A stretch of 46,103 nt of DNA, from the NCBI GenBank assembly GCA_016218805.1, contig JACRCW010000042.1:62001-108103 (forward strand), read 5' to 3'. Below are positions 35,702 to 44,814 of the stretch, one piece after another. The position numbers and the translations under genes are program-made. Position 1 is the first letter of the stretch. Every line of letters begins with the position of its first letter. The stretch comes from Deltaproteobacteria bacterium (lineage in GTDB: Bacteria; Myxococcota; JACRCW01). The notes beneath the pieces are model-generated. The model searched no databases, had not been told where the DNA came from, and was given only the letters and a program-made list of their open reading frames with translations.

Positions 35702-37771
35702 ATGTCCATCAAGGGACCGTCGCAGTCGCCGTCGCATACGCCGCAGGTTTCTCCAGCCAAGCCCGCCGAGCCGGCCCGGGAGCCCGCGGCCCCGCCCGCG
35801 GACGCGGGTGCCAGTCAGGAGGCCAAGCCGGCTGAAGTGGAGCGGTCTCGGGCGGATGACGAGGTCCAGGCAGCCACGCGAGAACGCGTGCGCCAATCGG
35901 GCTCGGACCTGCAGCAGCAGCTGAACTCCCAGCTTGACGGAGCGCAGAACGGTTCCGCCCCCGCCGAGCGCCCGGATCACCACCAGCACCATCACCACCA
36001 CGGCGCGGGCGCGTCCCTGACCCAGCCCGGCCACAACGGGCCCACCAACCCGGTGCTGCCCCCGCCCGAGCCTCCGCACGAGGCGCAACCCCCGCCCGAC
36101 GACAACCCCGCCGCCGGTGGCGGCCGTGACGACGTGGAGACGCACCAGTCAGGTACCGACCCGCCACCCGCCGCGCCGGGAACGCCCACGGACGACGACA
36201 CCGTCCCGCTCGGAAACCCGCGCGACGATATCGAGACCCACGCTGCCCAGCCGCCGCCGACCAATCCGCCGCCGCCGACCAACCCGCCGCCGCCGACCAA
36301 CCCGCCGCCGCCGGCCACCCCGCCGCCGCCGACCAACCCGCCGCCGCCGACCAACCCGCCGCCGCCAACCAACCCGCCGCCGCCGACCAACCCGCCGCCG
36401 CCGACCAATCCGCCGCCGCCGACCAATCCGCCGCCGCCGACCAATCCGCCGCCGCCGACCAACCCGCCGCCGCCGACCCGTCCGCCGCCCATCACGCAGC
36501 CGCCGCGGCCGACACCGACCAACCCAACGCCCGGGACTCCGTCACCCGCGCGTCCGGAGCCCGCGCCAACGGCAAAGCCCGAGGAAACCCGGGTGGACGC
36601 GACCACGCAGCGCGCGATCTCTGACGCGCTCAAGAAGGGCGACATCAACGAGGCCATGCGCCTTGGCCTGAAGAACCCCGGTGACCAGATGCGGGTCACC
36701 CTCAATGCAGACGGCAGCTTCGCCATGGGGACCGGTGAAGCCGGCCAGGCCCGCGGCGAGGCCATGATCACCAAGACCGCCAACGGGTACGAGATGCAGC
36801 TCACCGGCGACGCTGCGCAGGCGCTGGGCGCCAGCACGCTGCAGCAGGCCGGTGGTCCGCAGCCGCCCGACGGGAAGGTGTCGCCCATCTACTCGTTCAG
36901 CAATGCTGCGGATGCGGCGCGCGGGGTCCAGGCCGCGGGCGTGGCCACGCGGCAACAGGCCGTCCGTGACGGGCACCAGGGCGGGCCGTTCGGCACCATG
37001 ATTGCCTCCGTGACCAATGCCGCCACGGATGCCGCCACGCGTGAGCAGTTTGGCGGGGTGACGGCGACGGAGTACCTGAACAAGAACCTCAGCGGTGTGC
37101 GCCTGGAGGGCCGGATTGCGCAGGACTTCCAGAACACCCTCCCGCCTGAACTCCGGCCGCAGGGGGCAACCCTGGGCAAGCCCTACGACGACAACACGGC
37201 CGTCCGGGTGGACTTTGGGCACGGTGGCACACCCACGCGCCTGAGCCTGGAGCGCACGCAGCAGGCCCACACACGGGCCACGTTGCAGCCGCTGGGGTCC
37301 CGCGGAGACATCACCACCGGCAGCCGTGAAACCGTGGCGTTTGACGCCACCGCGCTGGACCGCAGCAACTTTGGGCGCGCCTTCAACGGGAAGCCCACGC
37401 CGCTGGGTGCCACGGGCGTGAACCGGGACCATGAGGCCTTCATGGACTACGCGCCGCGGCCCGCGCTCCCCGGCACCGCACTCCCCTACGGCGGGCCGGC
37501 CTTCCACGTGGCGGCGGACGTGGCCCCCGGTGACGCGGCCAGGGCAACCGACGTGCTGACCCAGGCCGCCCGCGGGGATCCGCGCGGGATGTTCAACCTG
37601 GGATCCCCCGTCACCGGTGACGTGGGGTACACCTCCGGCGTGCGCCCCTCCGCGTCCCCCATCCCGGACGCCCCCACGCTGCCCGGCGGTTGGACGGTGG
37701 ACCGGGACAGCCCCATCAACGGGATGACCTACACCCAGTTTGTGGACGCGCTGCGGGCCGCGCAGGGCTGA
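35702..37771 (+). CDS. Proline-rich hypothetical protein with His tract and (PPPPTN)13 repeat
   Basis: AGGAGG RBS; MSIKGPSQSPS; DHHQHHHHHG; PPPPTN array; globular C-terminal half; no Sec signal. Confidence 0.8.
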   Translation: MSIKGPSQSPSHTPQVSPAKPAEPAREPAAPPADAGASQEAKPAEVERSRADDEVQAATRERVRQSGSDLQQQLNSQLDGAQNGSAPAERPDHHQHHHHHGAGASLTQPGHNGPTNPVLPPPEPPHEAQPPPDDNPAAGGGRDDVETHQSGTDPPPAAPGTPTDDDTVPLGNPRDDIETHAAQPPPTNPPPPTNPPPPTNPPPPATPPPPTNPPPPTNPPPPTNPPPPTNPPPPTNPPPPTNPPPPTNPPPPTNPPPPTRPPPITQPPRPTPTNPTPGTPSPARPEPAPTAKPEETRVDATTQRAISDALKKGDINEAMRLGLKNPGDQMRVTLNADGSFAMGTGEAGQARGEAMITKTANGYEMQLTGDAAQALGASTLQQAGGPQPPDGKVSPIYSFSNAADAARGVQAAGVATRQQAVRDGHQGGPFGTMIASVTNAATDAATREQFGGVTATEYLNKNLSGVRLEGRIAQDFQNTLPPELRPQGATLGKPYDDNTAVRVDFGHGGTPTRLSLERTQQAHTRATLQPLGSRGDITTGSRETVAFDATALDRSNFGRAFNGKPTPLGATGVNRDHEAFMDYAPRPALPGTALPYGGPAFHVAADVAPGDAARATDVLTQAARGDPRGMFNLGSPVTGDVGYTSGVRPSASPIPDAPTLPGGWTVDRDSPINGMTYTQFVDALRAAQG
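36248..36481 (+). repeat. 18-bp coding tandem repeat, 13 copies (CCGCCGCCGCCGACCAAY)
   Basis: Direct reading: 234 bp = 13 x 18, with variant units QPPPTN, PPPPAT and PPPPTR. Confidence 0.95.
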
Positions 37772-37826
37772 GCGCCCACCGGGCCTGACTGCGGCGGTGA
37801 CGACGGGCGTGGTAGCGTGCCACGTC

Positions 37827-38612
37827 ATGGAACCGCTGAGGCTGGTCCACTGCACGCGCTACGTGATGCCGCTGCGCGAAGGCGGCTCGCTGCCGGCCAT
37901 CGTCGAGGCGGATGACCAGGGCATGTACGTGATGAAGTTCCACGGCGCGGGCCAGGGGCCCAAGGCGCTGGTGGCGGAGGTGGTGGGCGCGCTGCTGGGC
38001 CGGGCGCTGGGGCTGCCGGTTCCTGAACTGGTGCTGGTGGAGATGGACGCCGGCATCGCCCGGCTGGAGGGCCATGACGACGTGCGGGACCTGCTGACGC
38101 GGAGCACCGGCCTCAACCTGGGACTGGACTACCTGCCCGGCTGCATCACGTTTGATCCCGCGGTGCCGCCCGGGCTGGACGAAGAACTCGCTTCGCGCAT
38201 TGTCTGGTTTGACTCCGTCATAGCCAACGTGGACCGCACACCGCGCAACACCAACATGCTGTGGTGGCACCGGCGCGCCTGGCTCATTGACCACGGGGCC
38301 GCCCTGGTGTTCCAGCATGACTGGGAGGGCGCCACCTCACGCGATGTGCGGGCGCTGCCGCCGGTGGCCGCGCACGTGCTGCTGCCGCGCGCGCGCTCCG
38401 TCCAGCGCGCGCATGATGCACTGCGGCCGTTGGTCACCCGCGCGCTGCTGGAGGAGATCCTCGCGCAGGTGCCTGCAGCGTGGCTGGCGGGGGACTCACC
38501 GTTTCCGGACGAGAACTCACGCCGGGCGGCCTACGTGCAGATGCTGCTGAAACGCGCGGACGCGGCGGGGCTGCTGGCGGTGGAGGTGGGCCATGCCCGC
38601 GCACGCGTATAA
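37827..38612 (+). CDS. HipA-like (HipA_2) Ser/Thr kinase
   Basis: LREGGSLPAIVEADD..YVMKFHGAGQGPKALVAE; NVDRTPRNTNML; WLIDHG. Confidence 0.88.
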   Translation: MEPLRLVHCTRYVMPLREGGSLPAIVEADDQGMYVMKFHGAGQGPKALVAEVVGALLGRALGLPVPELVLVEMDAGIARLEGHDDVRDLLTRSTGLNLGLDYLPGCITFDPAVPPGLDEELASRIVWFDSVIANVDRTPRNTNMLWWHRRAWLIDHGAALVFQHDWEGATSRDVRALPPVAAHVLLPRARSVQRAHDALRPLVTRALLEEILAQVPAAWLAGDSPFPDENSRRAAYVQMLLKRADAAGLLAVEVGHARARV

Positions 38613-38982
38613 CTACGCGCTCATCCGCGTGGTGCCGCGCGTGGAACGCGCGGAATTCATCAACTGCGGCGCCGTCCTCCACTGCCACACGCTGCGCTAC
38701 CTGGAAGCGTGCGTGGCGCTGGATGCGGACCGCCTGCGGGCGCTGGCCCCGGGCGTGGACGTGGAGGAGGTGCGCACGCACCTGGAGGCGTTCTGCCGTA
38801 TCTGCCGCGGCGAATCGGACGCGGGCCCCATTGCGCTGCTGACGGCGCAGGAGCGCTTCTACTGGCTGGTGGCGCCGCGCAGCACCATCATCCAGACTTC
38901 GCCGCTGCATGCCGGCGTCACGGAACACCCGGCTGACGAACTGGCCCGCGTGATGGACCGCCTGGTGCGCGTGGCCCGTTGA
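38593..38982 (+). CDS. DUF3037 domain protein
   Basis: YNYALIRVVPRVERAEFINCG...ERFYWLVAPRSTIIQTSPLHAG; 20-nt overlap with the kinase. Confidence 0.9.
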   Translation: MPAHAYNYALIRVVPRVERAEFINCGAVLHCHTLRYLEACVALDADRLRALAPGVDVEEVRTHLEAFCRICRGESDAGPIALLTAQERFYWLVAPRSTIIQTSPLHAGVTEHPADELARVMDRLVRVAR

Positions 38983-38987
38983 CCGGT

Positions 38988-41534
38988 TCACTCCACCACG
39001 GTGACCTGCTTGGGGTCCTGCACTTCAATCTGCGGGCCCTTGTAGCGTGTGATGGTGCCGCGCACGCGCACCTTCTTGCCGGGATAGACCACGGCAGGGT
39101 CCGCGCCGGCCGCCTTCAGCTTTTCCCGCTGTTTCTTGAAAAACACCAGTTGGAAATCCGGGTCTTTGGGCTTGTCCAACCCCAGCAGCAGCACCTTCTC
39201 CTTCTCCACCACCTCCATCACGCGCCCCTCCACGGTCACCTGCCGCCCGTAGAGCCCGCGGGACTCGCGCCCGGTGGCCAGCGTCTCGCCACCTGCGTTG
39301 GCGCGCAGGTAGCCGCTCATGGAGCCTTCCAGCGGCACCTCCAGGTAGCCCTCCGCGCGGTTGGCGCCGCGCGGCACCTCCGTCACCACGTCCAGCCAAT
39401 CACCCTTGTTGGTGCGCCGGATGACGGGAGCGCCGTTGCGCGGCTCGGCCAGCAGCACCGCGGTGTTGTCACGCACGCTCACCCGGTACAGGCGGCTGGC
39501 GCGCCAGTCCCGCCAGAACAACTCGCGGTAATACGCGGTGACGTCCGGGTGGCGGATGATCACGCCCATTTCACGGTTGCCCTTGAAACTGTTCTCACTC
39601 CAGTTGATGGAGCTGACCAGCACCTCTTCGCCGTCCACCATCACGCTCTTGGCGTGGATCTTCTCCAGGTGCGCCGTCTCCAGGTTGATCACCTTGGCGG
39701 AGAGATTCAGTCCCTCCTTCTGCGCCACCTCGTTGAGGTACCGGGCCGTGTCGTCGTTGTCGCGCGCGTCCTGTTCTTCCGCGTTGTACCAGGTGCCATC
39801 CATCAGCACGCGCACTGTGACGCCCCGCCGCGCCGCCGCCAGCACCGCGGCCAGCGCCAGGTTGGGCGTGTCGTCACTGGCCTTCTGACCCTTGCCCCAG
39901 AACCGCGGGATGCTGTTCTGCAGCACCAGCACTTCCCGCCGGGCCCGCGCAATCATTCCCAGAATGGAGGATTGCTCGTGCAGGCTGTTGTCCGGGGACA
40001 TCACAATCTCCAGGTCCATCTTGCCCTGCACCGTGAGTGGCTTGCGGCGCTCCGGGTAGAGCCCCTTGCGGAACTCCTTGCTGAGCTGGAAGTTGGGGTC
40101 CCGCGTGGGGAGGCCGTACGGATCAAACGCGCTGTCGTTGATGCCCACCAGGTCCAGGTGCGCGGGGTCCGTGTCCGTTTCAAACACGTCCGCCAGCAAC
40201 GCCACAAATCCCGGCTCCTCAATGGCCACTTCAAAGCCGCGGTTTCCGTGTGACGGGTCCGCGGGATGCCCCGTCTTGCCGTAGTTCTCCGTCCCAATGA
40301 TGGCCAGGCGGTCATCAATGAGCGCGTACTTGGCGTGGTCAAACCGGTAGCGCGGGTGCACGGGGTCCTTGGGCTCACGCTGCGCCAGGAACAGCACGCG
40401 CGCGCCGCGGTGGGCCAGCCCGTCCAGCAGGACGCGTTCGTCATCCGGCATGCCGCCCACCGGGACGCCCTCCAGCAGCAGGGTCACTTGTACGCCGCGG
40501 TCCAGCGCGGCCAGCAGGTGGTCCGCCAGCAGCGGGTTGGTGAGCTGGTAGACGTTGATGCGGATGCGCTGTTTGGCCTGGTCAAACGCCTCTGCCAACA
40601 GCGTGAACTGGTTCTCCGGCGCGCTGCCGCAGGTCACGCGCGCGGTCACTCCGGCCAGCCGTGACGTCACAAACCGGCTCTGCCCCGGGAACTCCAGGCG
40701 GTGCGTGGGCTCCATCCCCAGGCGCTTGCGTGAGAACCCGCTGTCCCAATCCGCCGCGGAGTCCGTGTCCGCCAGCACACGCCCCGCCTCGTCACGGTCA
40801 CGCGCCAGCACCTGGCCCTTCCACCCGAACGGCGAGCTGTCCGTCAACAGCACCGGCTGGCCCACCCATTGCGCCTCCGGAATCTTGCCCACGTCCAGCT
40901 TCTTGTCCTTGGGGTTCTGCGCGTCCCACGCCACCACGTCCAGCACGCGTCCGTCCGACGACAACAACGCCACCACACCCTGGTTGGCCGGGAGGTTGAG
41001 CCACCCGGGGCTCACGGTGGCCTCCGGGACACCGTCCAGCGTGTCCGCCGCCTCTACGCCGGGCGGAAAGCCAAACACCTGTTTGAACGCCTTACCCACG
41101 TGCGCAATCCAGATTTCCCCGCCGGGCGGCAGGCGGATGCCCTGCGGCAGGCGGACGGTGTGCGTGGGCTCCAGCGCCACTTCGCCCATGGTTGGGTCCA
41201 TGCCCTCCTGCGCTTCCGCGGACCCCTCCCCCACGGTCTCCTCCACCACGCCCGGGTCATCCCCGCGCTGCTGCCCCTTGCGCGCCCGCAGCGGCCGGCG
41301 CGGCCCGAACCGATCCGTCAGCGCGAAATCCCCGAGATCCAGCACGCGGTCCAGGTCCGTGTTGGTGATGCGCACCGCCTCTTCAGGCTCCGGGTCCCCG
41401 CGCATGTGCCCGTCAAAGTACACGCCGGTGATCCTGGCGGCGCGGGCGTCCGCGCCGGTGCCCGCGCGCGCATCCGCGGCCATGAGCAAGGCGACAACAG
41501 CGGGCACGGCAGCGAACAGGCGGCGGAGCATCAT
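38988..41534 (-). CDS. Secreted phospholipase D-family protein: lamin-tail domain + two HKD domains + SH3-like + OB-fold
   Basis: Signal peptide ARA-G; LTD-like RITGVYFD..EPEEAVRITN..LDLGDFALTD; HAKYALIDD..GTEN and HAKSVMVDG..SSINWS; C-terminal GKKVRVRGTITRYKGPQIEV. Confidence 0.85.
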   Translation of the reverse strand: MMLRRLFAAVPAVVALLMAADARAGTGADARAARITGVYFDGHMRGDPEPEEAVRITNTDLDRVLDLGDFALTDRFGPRRPLRARKGQQRGDDPGVVEETVGEGSAEAQEGMDPTMGEVALEPTHTVRLPQGIRLPPGGEIWIAHVGKAFKQVFGFPPGVEAADTLDGVPEATVSPGWLNLPANQGVVALLSSDGRVLDVVAWDAQNPKDKKLDVGKIPEAQWVGQPVLLTDSSPFGWKGQVLARDRDEAGRVLADTDSAADWDSGFSRKRLGMEPTHRLEFPGQSRFVTSRLAGVTARVTCGSAPENQFTLLAEAFDQAKQRIRINVYQLTNPLLADHLLAALDRGVQVTLLLEGVPVGGMPDDERVLLDGLAHRGARVLFLAQREPKDPVHPRYRFDHAKYALIDDRLAIIGTENYGKTGHPADPSHGNRGFEVAIEEPGFVALLADVFETDTDPAHLDLVGINDSAFDPYGLPTRDPNFQLSKEFRKGLYPERRKPLTVQGKMDLEIVMSPDNSLHEQSSILGMIARARREVLVLQNSIPRFWGKGQKASDDTPNLALAAVLAAARRGVTVRVLMDGTWYNAEEQDARDNDDTARYLNEVAQKEGLNLSAKVINLETAHLEKIHAKSVMVDGEEVLVSSINWSENSFKGNREMGVIIRHPDVTAYYRELFWRDWRASRLYRVSVRDNTAVLLAEPRNGAPVIRRTNKGDWLDVVTEVPRGANRAEGYLEVPLEGSMSGYLRANAGGETLATGRESRGLYGRQVTVEGRVMEVVEKEKVLLLGLDKPKDPDFQLVFFKKQREKLKAAGADPAVVYPGKKVRVRGTITRYKGPQIEVQDPKQVTVVE

Positions 41535-41728
41535 CGTGCGCGGAAGGTAGCGCGCCCCGGCGCGGCCGGGGAAGCACGCCCACCGCGCCGACGCCGCGGT
41601 AACGGGGCCAAGCCCAAGCGAACGCTGACGCGTCGTACCCGGCTCGCTCGACAGACCGCGCTGCCTTCACTAGGGCAACCGGGCAGGCGAACTGAACTCC
41701 GCCCGAGCCCGAGGAGGGCGCACGTCCG

Positions 41729-43285
41729 ATGAGCGCTCGGCGTTGGCTTGTTGCGGTGGGAACGCTGGCTGTGGCGGCATGCCCCGCAACGGGCGCGTTC
41801 CTCTGCGCCTCTGACGAGGACTGCGCGGCGCAACACTGGTGCTCCCCGGCCGGCGAGTGCGTGGCGCACTGCACCAGCTCCGCCGACTGCCACCCCGGGT
41901 TGACGTGTGACGTCGGTGACGGGAACTGCCGCACGGACAGCGGGACGCCCTCCGGGTCGGGCTCATCCGCCTCCGCGCCGCCGTCCAGCCACGGCACCAC
42001 GGCGTCCAGCGACGTGTCGTCCCGCGCCCGGTCCGCGTCAACGTCACGCGGGCCCGCCTCGTCGTCCGCGGGTACGTCACGCTCATCCTCCGCCGTCACG
42101 CTGGGTTCATCTCAAGTATCCGGCAGCCCTTCCTCCGGTCCGGCCAGCGGCGATTCCTCGTCGTCCGGGGTTGCCTGCAGCACGGGTTGCGGCTGTGCCT
42201 CGGGCACCCGTCCGTGTGGCCAGACGTGCGTGGCGGAGGGAACGTGCTGCAACGTCCCGGACGACTGTGCGCAGGGAACGTGTCCGTACCCGGGTGGCAG
42301 TTGCGTGGAGTGCCAGGCCACGGTGGATTGCGCGGGCGTGTGCGGCGGGTCCGCGGCGCTTGATTGCGCGGGTATCTGCAACGGGAACACCAAGGACCAG
42401 GGATGCGGCTGCGGGAACCCCGCGCCCAATGCGTGCAACAGCTGCTCGGGCGTGGTGGACCTGGGCTGCGGCTGCGGGAACCCCGCGCCCAATGCGTGCA
42501 ACAGCTGCTCGGGCGTGGTGGACCTGGGCTGCGGCTGCGGCAACCCCGCGCCCAATGCGTGCAACAGCTGCTCGGGCGTGGTGGACCTGGGATGCGGTTG
42601 CGGAAACCCCGCGCCCAATGCGTGCAGCAGCTGCTCGGGCGTGGTGGACCTGGGCTGCGGCTGCGGAAACCCCGCGCCCAATGCGTGCGGCAGCTGCTCG
42701 GGCGTGGTGGACCTGGGATGCGGGTGCGGAAACCCCGCGCCCAATGCGTGCGGCAGCTGCTCGGGCGTGGTGGACCTGGGATGCGGCTGTGGAAACCCCG
42801 CGCCCAATGCGTGCAGCAGCTGCACGGGCGTCGTTGACCAGGGCTGCGGCTGCGGGAACTCCGCGCCCAATGCGTGCGGCAGCTGCTCGGGCGTCGTGGA
42901 CCAGGGCTGCGGCTGCGGGAACCCCGCGCCCAATGCGTGCGGCAGCTGTGGCGGACCGGCCATGGCTCAATGTCCCGCCGCGAGCACGGTCGCGTGCAAC
43001 ACGGCGGTCAACGATCCGTGTGGCGTCTACTGCGGCTACCAGGGCACGGCGAATTGCGGCACGACGTGCGGTGCACTCCAGCAGAGCGTTGGTCGCTGCA
43101 GTGCCAGCACCATTGCCGGCCCATCCCGGCTCAACCAAGCCGAATGCCGGGATTACTGCGGCTCCCGGCGCGCTGCCTGCTGCGAGTGGTTCAGCTGGGG
43201 CGACGGGACTGGCGACTGCTACGCCGAGAACGGCGACTGCACCGCCTGCGGCGCGGGTGGGTGGTGGTCCGCCGAATGCTCGTGA
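41729..43285 (+). CDS. Cys-rich lipoprotein with Ser-rich linker and 21-aa tandem repeats
   Basis: LAVAA-C lipobox after GAGGAGG; Cys-rich N-terminal module; Ser linker; DCAGVCGG units; GCGCGNPAPNAC repeat array; Cys-rich C-terminal domain. Confidence 0.85.
   Translation: MSARRWLVAVGTLAVAACPATGAFLCASDEDCAAQHWCSPAGECVAHCTSSADCHPGLTCDVGDGNCRTDSGTPSGSGSSASAPPSSHGTTASSDVSSRARSASTSRGPASSSAGTSRSSSAVTLGSSQVSGSPSSGPASGDSSSSGVACSTGCGCASGTRPCGQTCVAEGTCCNVPDDCAQGTCPYPGGSCVECQATVDCAGVCGGSAALDCAGICNGNTKDQGCGCGNPAPNACNSCSGVVDLGCGCGNPAPNACNSCSGVVDLGCGCGNPAPNACNSCSGVVDLGCGCGNPAPNACSSCSGVVDLGCGCGNPAPNACGSCSGVVDLGCGCGNPAPNACGSCSGVVDLGCGCGNPAPNACSSCTGVVDQGCGCGNSAPNACGSCSGVVDQGCGCGNPAPNACGSCGGPAMAQCPAASTVACNTAVNDPCGVYCGYQGTANCGTTCGALQQSVGRCSASTIAGPSRLNQAECRDYCGSRRAACCEWFSWGDGTGDCYAENGDCTACGAGGWWSAECS
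42401..42952 (+). repeat. 63-bp coding tandem repeat, 8 full + 1 partial copies (GCGCGNPAPNACxSCSGVVDL/Q)
   Basis: Units begin at 42401 and recur every 63 nt; the ninth begins at 42905. Confidence 0.95.
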
Positions 43286-43311
43286 ACTCCTGCCAAGGAG
43301 CCACGCGGTTG

Positions 43312-44703
43312 TCACCCTTGGCGCCTTCGGCAGCAGAGCCACAACAAGGCCACCGCACCTGACAATATCCCGGGCATTCCACCGTCTGCTGCATCTGCCG
43401 CGCTGCAACCGCGGGCGTTGGGACCCGCTGTCTCGTCCGGATTACTGGCGCTGACCGCGCCGGTTGATGCGCTGCCGGAGTCTGCCGCTGGGCTTGCGGA
43501 AGACCCGCCTGCAGCCGATGACGATGACCACGACGAAGCGGACGCTGCCGACGTGGAATCCGGGGCCGAGGATGTGCGCCCTCCGGACGACGTGGCGGCG
43601 GCGGATGCAGACGCGCTGCTTGCGTCCGCGGACGACGACGAGGACGACCCGCTGCTGGAGCCACCTTCACACAGCGCCGGTGTGGCCGTGGCTGACCAGG
43701 CTGTGCACGTGCCCACCCCCCAGGCGCCGGCTTCGGGGTAGGCGTGGCGCGCGCCGGCGCTGTCAACGGAGAGAATCCAGTATTGGTGGCAAGCGGCGCT
43801 GAGCGGTGCGCTGGCTTTGTAGGTGGCGTTGGTGGCCGTTCCCAGTTCCAGCGTCATGGGCGTACAGGCACCATCAATGACCACCTCCATGCGTGACGGT
43901 GCTCCGCCCGGGTCGTAGTAGTTGGCGTGGAAGGAGAACGTCGTTGCCGTGGTGCTGGTTTCCGGCTGGTGAATGGCAGACGGGAGCACGGCGGTGGTGA
44001 CGTTGGTCGTTGCGGTGAGAAGGTATTCGCAACTGCCAAAACAACTGTTGGCGCCCGCCCAACCCGTGCCCAGCGAATCCACGTTGGGGGCCACGAAGAT
44101 GGACCGGTCCGTGAGACCGGAGGCGCACTCGGTGATGCCGGCCTCCACCATGGTTCTTCCGTTGGCGTTGACCGCCATGCTGGCCCCGGCAGCGGTGAAT
44201 CCAAAGTAGTGGGCGCGGGTGAAGGGATCCGTGCCGGTGGCGGTCATGGTGCCGCAGCCAAATGCCTGCGTCCCCGCCACACACGCGCACGCGTCCGAGC
44301 CGTCACAATCCGTGGCGTCCACGTCCGTCATGATGGTGCAATACGAGTTGTGCGAGAAACCCGAGTTGGTCTTCTGCAGGTTGTTGCAGTGGAAGCGCGC
44401 CGCGCGGTTTCCGGCGTGGTCCAGCATGAGCGGCTTGGCGGCGGGATACGACGTTGAGCACGCTGCGGCGGTGCCCAGCGCAACGTTGTTGGGATCCGCG
44501 CGCCCGCGGTTGACCCAGGTGAGCATCAAGCGTTCCTGGTAGTTGGGAAATCCGTCTTGCGGCACACCGTTCAGTCCGGAGGTGAACGCGCCCGTTGGCT
44601 CTCCGGCCACGCCAGTGTTTTTCTCGACGGGGAATGCCCTGCAGGACAGGGCGCACACAAGCAGCAGCAGCAGAGGTATCTGGACGGAGGACGGGAAACG
44701 CAT
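43312..44703 (-). CDS. Secreted CAP/SCP-like domain protein with Ser-rich linker and MYXO-CTERM-like tail
   Basis: Signal with possible lipobox VCALS-C; ERLMLTWVNRGRADP..PLML..AARFH..FSHNS (CAP-like); C-terminal RGCS..GILSGAVALLWLCCRRRQG. Confidence 0.72.
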   Translation of the reverse strand: MRFPSSVQIPLLLLLVCALSCRAFPVEKNTGVAGEPTGAFTSGLNGVPQDGFPNYQERLMLTWVNRGRADPNNVALGTAAACSTSYPAAKPLMLDHAGNRAARFHCNNLQKTNSGFSHNSYCTIMTDVDATDCDGSDACACVAGTQAFGCGTMTATGTDPFTRAHYFGFTAAGASMAVNANGRTMVEAGITECASGLTDRSIFVAPNVDSLGTGWAGANSCFGSCEYLLTATTNVTTAVLPSAIHQPETSTTATTFSFHANYYDPGGAPSRMEVVIDGACTPMTLELGTATNATYKASAPLSAACHQYWILSVDSAGARHAYPEAGAWGVGTCTAWSATATPALCEGGSSSGSSSSSSADASSASASAAATSSGGRTSSAPDSTSAASASSWSSSSAAGGSSASPAADSGSASTGAVSASNPDETAGPNARGCSAADAADGGMPGILSGAVALLWLCCRRRQG

Positions 44704-44814
44704 GCTGGATAGGTAGCTCCAACGGTCCTGCGTGGGAACCGGCGCCCGCGCTGGGCTGGCAACTGCCGGCCCTGCTCGTGACCCGGCGGCGTTGGCGGTG
44801 GTAGCTCACGCTCC

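Noticed and set aside
35992..36888. Minus-strand Gly-rich ORF (VGGGGL)n
   Set aside because: Antisense shadow of the PPPPTN repeat; the plus-strand gene has the RBS and a coherent ORF.
42401..42952. Regular repeat array as a possible CRISPR
   Set aside because: The units are contiguous with no unique spacers, the 63-bp period is in frame within a CDS, and there are no cas genes.
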